A stretch of DNA of 64,000 nt from Carcharhinus longimanus (taxonomy: Eukaryota): positions 33,932,277-33,996,276 of the forward strand of contig JASCQW010000119.1 of NCBI GenBank assembly GCA_030264375.1, written 5' to 3'. The translations under genes and the position numbers were made by a program. Under the pieces are notes generated by a model that did not search any database, was not told the DNA's origin, and was given only the letters and a program-made list of their open reading frames with translations. Below, piece by piece: positions 62,201 through 64,000 of this stretch (within the stretch, counting starts at the first letter, position 1; each line of letters starts with the position of its first letter).

Positions 62201-63696
62201 CAACATCTCCTGGCCCAACAAAAATTCTACTGCACCCAAAAATATTTTGGGCCCTTTCTTGAGCATCAGCCAATTGCTCATTGCCTGCAATTTGCAAAAA
62301 GAACATCCTTTTCATTCATAATGGCAGTCATGGTAAATCTCTGCTTGAGAATGACCTTTTACAAAAGAGTTTTCATATTGTTAAAGTCAAATCTATCATT
62401 GTAAGGAACCAAATGCTGCAACATTGACTTCTTGCCTCTAGAAGCCGAGGGCAGTATTTAATGAAGGCAATAGNNNNNNNNNNNNCCATATGGAGAGCCA
62501 GTGAGAGTCCCACTTTGCTTCTTTTAGGGAAAGCCTGCCAAATTAAGTGTCAATCAGGCAATTAGTGGAACATTAGTGGGCTATCCAATGATCAAGGACC
62601 CTGAGGGTGGAAATCTTCCTGTAAAAAACTACTAATGAATCAAAATCCACAGTTCTATTGAATGTCAGTGCCACTTCGGAGGTAGCGACTACTGCTGATA
62701 CGACATCTGCCTGACGGTTTGTATTGTCGCTGGATGACACGCTAGAGGTGAGCAATGATGTGATAGGGGTCAAGGGGAGGATCAAGGCAGAGAGATGGCT
62801 CTCAGCATGCAACCCCACTCCCCCCCCACTTTCCTGATGCTCAAGCACTTTGTGCCTTTGAATGAAGGACAACACCACCCCCCACCCTTTCGATCTGGAA
62901 GCCCACAAACAAAAGCAATCCTGCAATGGTTTGCTTGTCATACTTTTCAAATGGTGATCTCTATCCATCTACCAGCTGCTGAGTTACTACCAGTGACAAG
63001 AGGAGGAGCCCTAAAGTGTGCATTAATCATCCACTTAAAGGCCTCAGTGGTGCCTGGGTGAGAAGGCTGTCCACAGGCCTTCATGCTACAAACTTAATTG
63101 GGGTGGAGATGAGAAGACAGCAAGGTCCCCAACCTCCGCCTGATCAAATGGCCCCAGCCGCCAAACATACCACATGGGGGGGTCATTCAATTCCTTTCCA
63201 TGTATCGACTAAAGTCCTAAATTTTCCTGAGCATTAGTTCATTTACCACTTGCTTGAAAATTGCTAATGGATCTTACAAATCACATGGGACCCTGACTTA
63301 TTTATGTGACAGCCTCCTGCTCATAAATGGTGGATGAGTTGCTTTCCAATTTAGAAGCCCACCTGGAAATTACATCAAGGGAGCCCAGTTTCAGTGGACT
63401 GGTGGCCAGGCTGTCTCCCTGACCTATAATGTTCAACTCCATGGAGTTTGTTTTATGAACACTTTTGCAAATAATAGATAGAAAAAGACAAAAAGCAGCT
63501 AGAAAGCAGTTTAAATTCTTAGTGGGGATTTTTGAGGGCAGAACTGTAACATAAAGATTGGGAGACTATTTGTATCAGTATACAATCAGCATTAGTTACT
63601 TATTTTNNNNNNNNNNCACTCGTCAATATTATCCTTTTTCAGCAAATTAAGACCACTGAGAGATACATCAGGAAACTGGAGTTTCACATCAGCAGG
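41143..63696 (+). CDS. RIPOR3: RIPOR family member (FAM65), most likely RIPOR3/FAM65C; 5'-part, join(41143..41243,49128..49280,56411..56489,61905..61928,63643..63696), continues past the window
   Basis: Spliced translation: [137 protein letters not shown]. All introns are GT-AG and phases match (2,2,0,0). It carries the FAM65 N-terminal motifs RSxSFAGF, RNSRL, YDLDKQ and LEFHIS. The MSVxLxF start and RNSRLAF are RIPOR3-like. Confidence 0.9.
42756..43707 (+). mobile_element. LTR (TGTCA...TGACA, 42756-43655) followed by a degenerate tRNA-Pro-type primer binding site
   Basis: Inverted termini, AATAAA at ~43463, and AGGGGTCTCGTCAAGAT (43691-43707) resembling TGGGGGCTCGTCCGGGAT. Confidence 0.5.
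45030..45330. repeat. G-rich degenerate minisatellite (~35-44 bp units)
   Basis: Repeated GGGGAG..GAGAG.CCC..ATACTTGTG.GGTGG. Confidence 0.7.
45355..45792 (+). mobile_element. CR1 LINE 3' end
   Basis: [26 protein letters not shown]...RVVGAWN. Confidence 0.9.
47495..47775 (-). mobile_element. SacSINE1-like DeuSINE fragment
   Basis: Reverse complement of the tail and Deu domain (AAATATTGGCCAAGACAC, AAAATAGTG.CATG.GAT). Confidence 0.65.
47795..48145 (+). mobile_element. CR1 3' fragment split by the 28S rRNA insert
   Basis: TGGAAAGCATTGCCTGAAA..GTAGAGGC..GCATTCAAGAG..ATTAGAT..TATGGGAAAAAGC | insert | AATGGCACTAAGTCAT...GGAGAGCCGGTG. Confidence 0.75.
47911..48105 (-). rRNA. Diverged 28S rRNA 3'-region fragment (pseudogene) inserted in a CR1 3' end
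   Basis: The + strand reads ATTCTGACTTAGAG.CGTTCAGTCATAATCCCAC...GGTTCCTCTCGTACTGAGCAGGATT...ATCATCAGTAGGGTAAAACTAACCTGTCTCACGA, the reverse complement of a conserved eukaryotic LSU rRNA core, with substitutions and a short insertion. Confidence 0.92.
49128..49280 (+). CDS. RIPOR3: RIPOR3 exon (153 nt): VSPVSRSS...[18 protein letters not shown]
   Basis: Acceptor ttttattttgcag|, donor AA|gtaaga, phase 2-2. The PQP..VE.I...L.KGL motif is shared by FAM65 proteins. Confidence 0.92.
54218..54472 (+). mobile_element. CR1 fragment (spanning a gap) nested in the Harbinger element
   Basis: [14 protein letters not shown] start and GGCTCGAAGGGCTAGATGGCCTACTCCTGCTCCTATTTCTTATG tail. Confidence 0.85.
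55345..55535. repeat. Degenerate ~31-bp tandem repeat (5-6 units)
   Basis: Consensus is approximately TCC.GACCCTGGGAGAAGTTGCTGCTTGAA. Confidence 0.8.
56411..56489 (+). CDS. RIPOR3: RIPOR3 exon (79 nt): [26 protein letters not shown]
   Basis: Acceptor cttccttttgttgcag|, donor CTG|gtatgt, phase 2-0; KRNSRL motif. Confidence 0.93.
56728..58790 (+). mobile_element. Decayed Gypsy element: 5' LTR (56728-57063), PBS, gag, protease, RT start
   Basis: TGTAAA...AATAAA...TTTACA followed by TGGTGCCAGAAG (PBS-like); gag knuckle [14 protein letters not shown]; [13 protein letters not shown] (protease); [13 protein letters not shown] and [16 protein letters not shown] (RT). Confidence 0.88.
59098..59380 (+). 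mobile_element. HE1-type SINE
   Basis: GGTGGCACAGT...CTCCGGTTTCCTCCCACACTCCAAAGATGTG...GATGGGCCAAATG.CCTCCTTC.GCACTGTA. Confidence 0.85.
61905..61928 (+). CDS. RIPOR3: RIPOR3 24-nt micro-exon: AFLYDLDK
   Basis: Acceptor ttccttatgttccag|, donor AAG|gtaagt; it fills the gap between RNSRL and QIK exactly. Confidence 0.92.
63643..63696 (+). CDS. RIPOR3: RIPOR3 exon (54 nt): [18 protein letters not shown]
   Basis: Acceptor cctttttcag|, donor AGG|gtaaga; highly conserved FAM65 segment. Confidence 0.93.
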
Positions 63697-64000
63697 GTAA
63701 GAATTTGCAGCTCACAAATAACAAAATCATTGTTTGTTTGTTTTTTGATTAAAAGGGTACAATTCAAGTGGCTTCAGATGGCTCATAAAAGCAGTGTCTT
63801 GGATAACCCAGCTGGCTTTTTCCTAACTGCTGCTTCACATGAGTTTTTCAGTGAAATATAATGTATTAAGGGCAATAGGTTTAACTTCATAAGTTATAAA
63901 GTCACTTGAGTTCATTGAATTAAGTGCAGATTTTTGAAATGTGGGAAAGAAATAAAACTTTTGTTGTACAAGCATTTGGAAAGCGGTACAAATGCATTTG

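Overview
Eukaryotic, repeat-rich DNA from a cartilaginous fish (shark), judged from HE1-type and SacSINE1/DeuSINE SINEs and shark-type CR1 tails. It is a draft assembly with many N gaps. The only host gene I can support is the 5' part of a RIPOR/FAM65 family gene on the + strand, best matching RIPOR3/FAM65C. It has five phase-consistent coding exons (41117-41243, 49128-49280, 56411-56489, 61905-61928, 63643-63696) plus a candidate 13-nt first coding exon at 40438-40450, and it continues beyond the window. Most of the rest is decayed mobile DNA: CR1, L2, RTE, Vingi and Penelope retroelements, Gypsy LTR elements, PIF/Harbinger elements and MITEs, a hAT-Tip100-like transposase and a Tc1/mariner-like MITE. 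The most unusual observations are: (1) a ~140-bp uracil-DNA glycosylase (UNG) coding fragment and (2) a ~195-bp 28S rRNA fragment, each embedded inside a CR1 3' end; (3) a Gypsy LTR carrying a copy of its own protease-coding segment; (4) four separate fold-back inverted duplications; (5) a hammerhead-like core in a Penelope terminus. I see no intact novel multi-gene system. Family calls are from recalled motifs, not database searches, and repeat boundaries are approximate.
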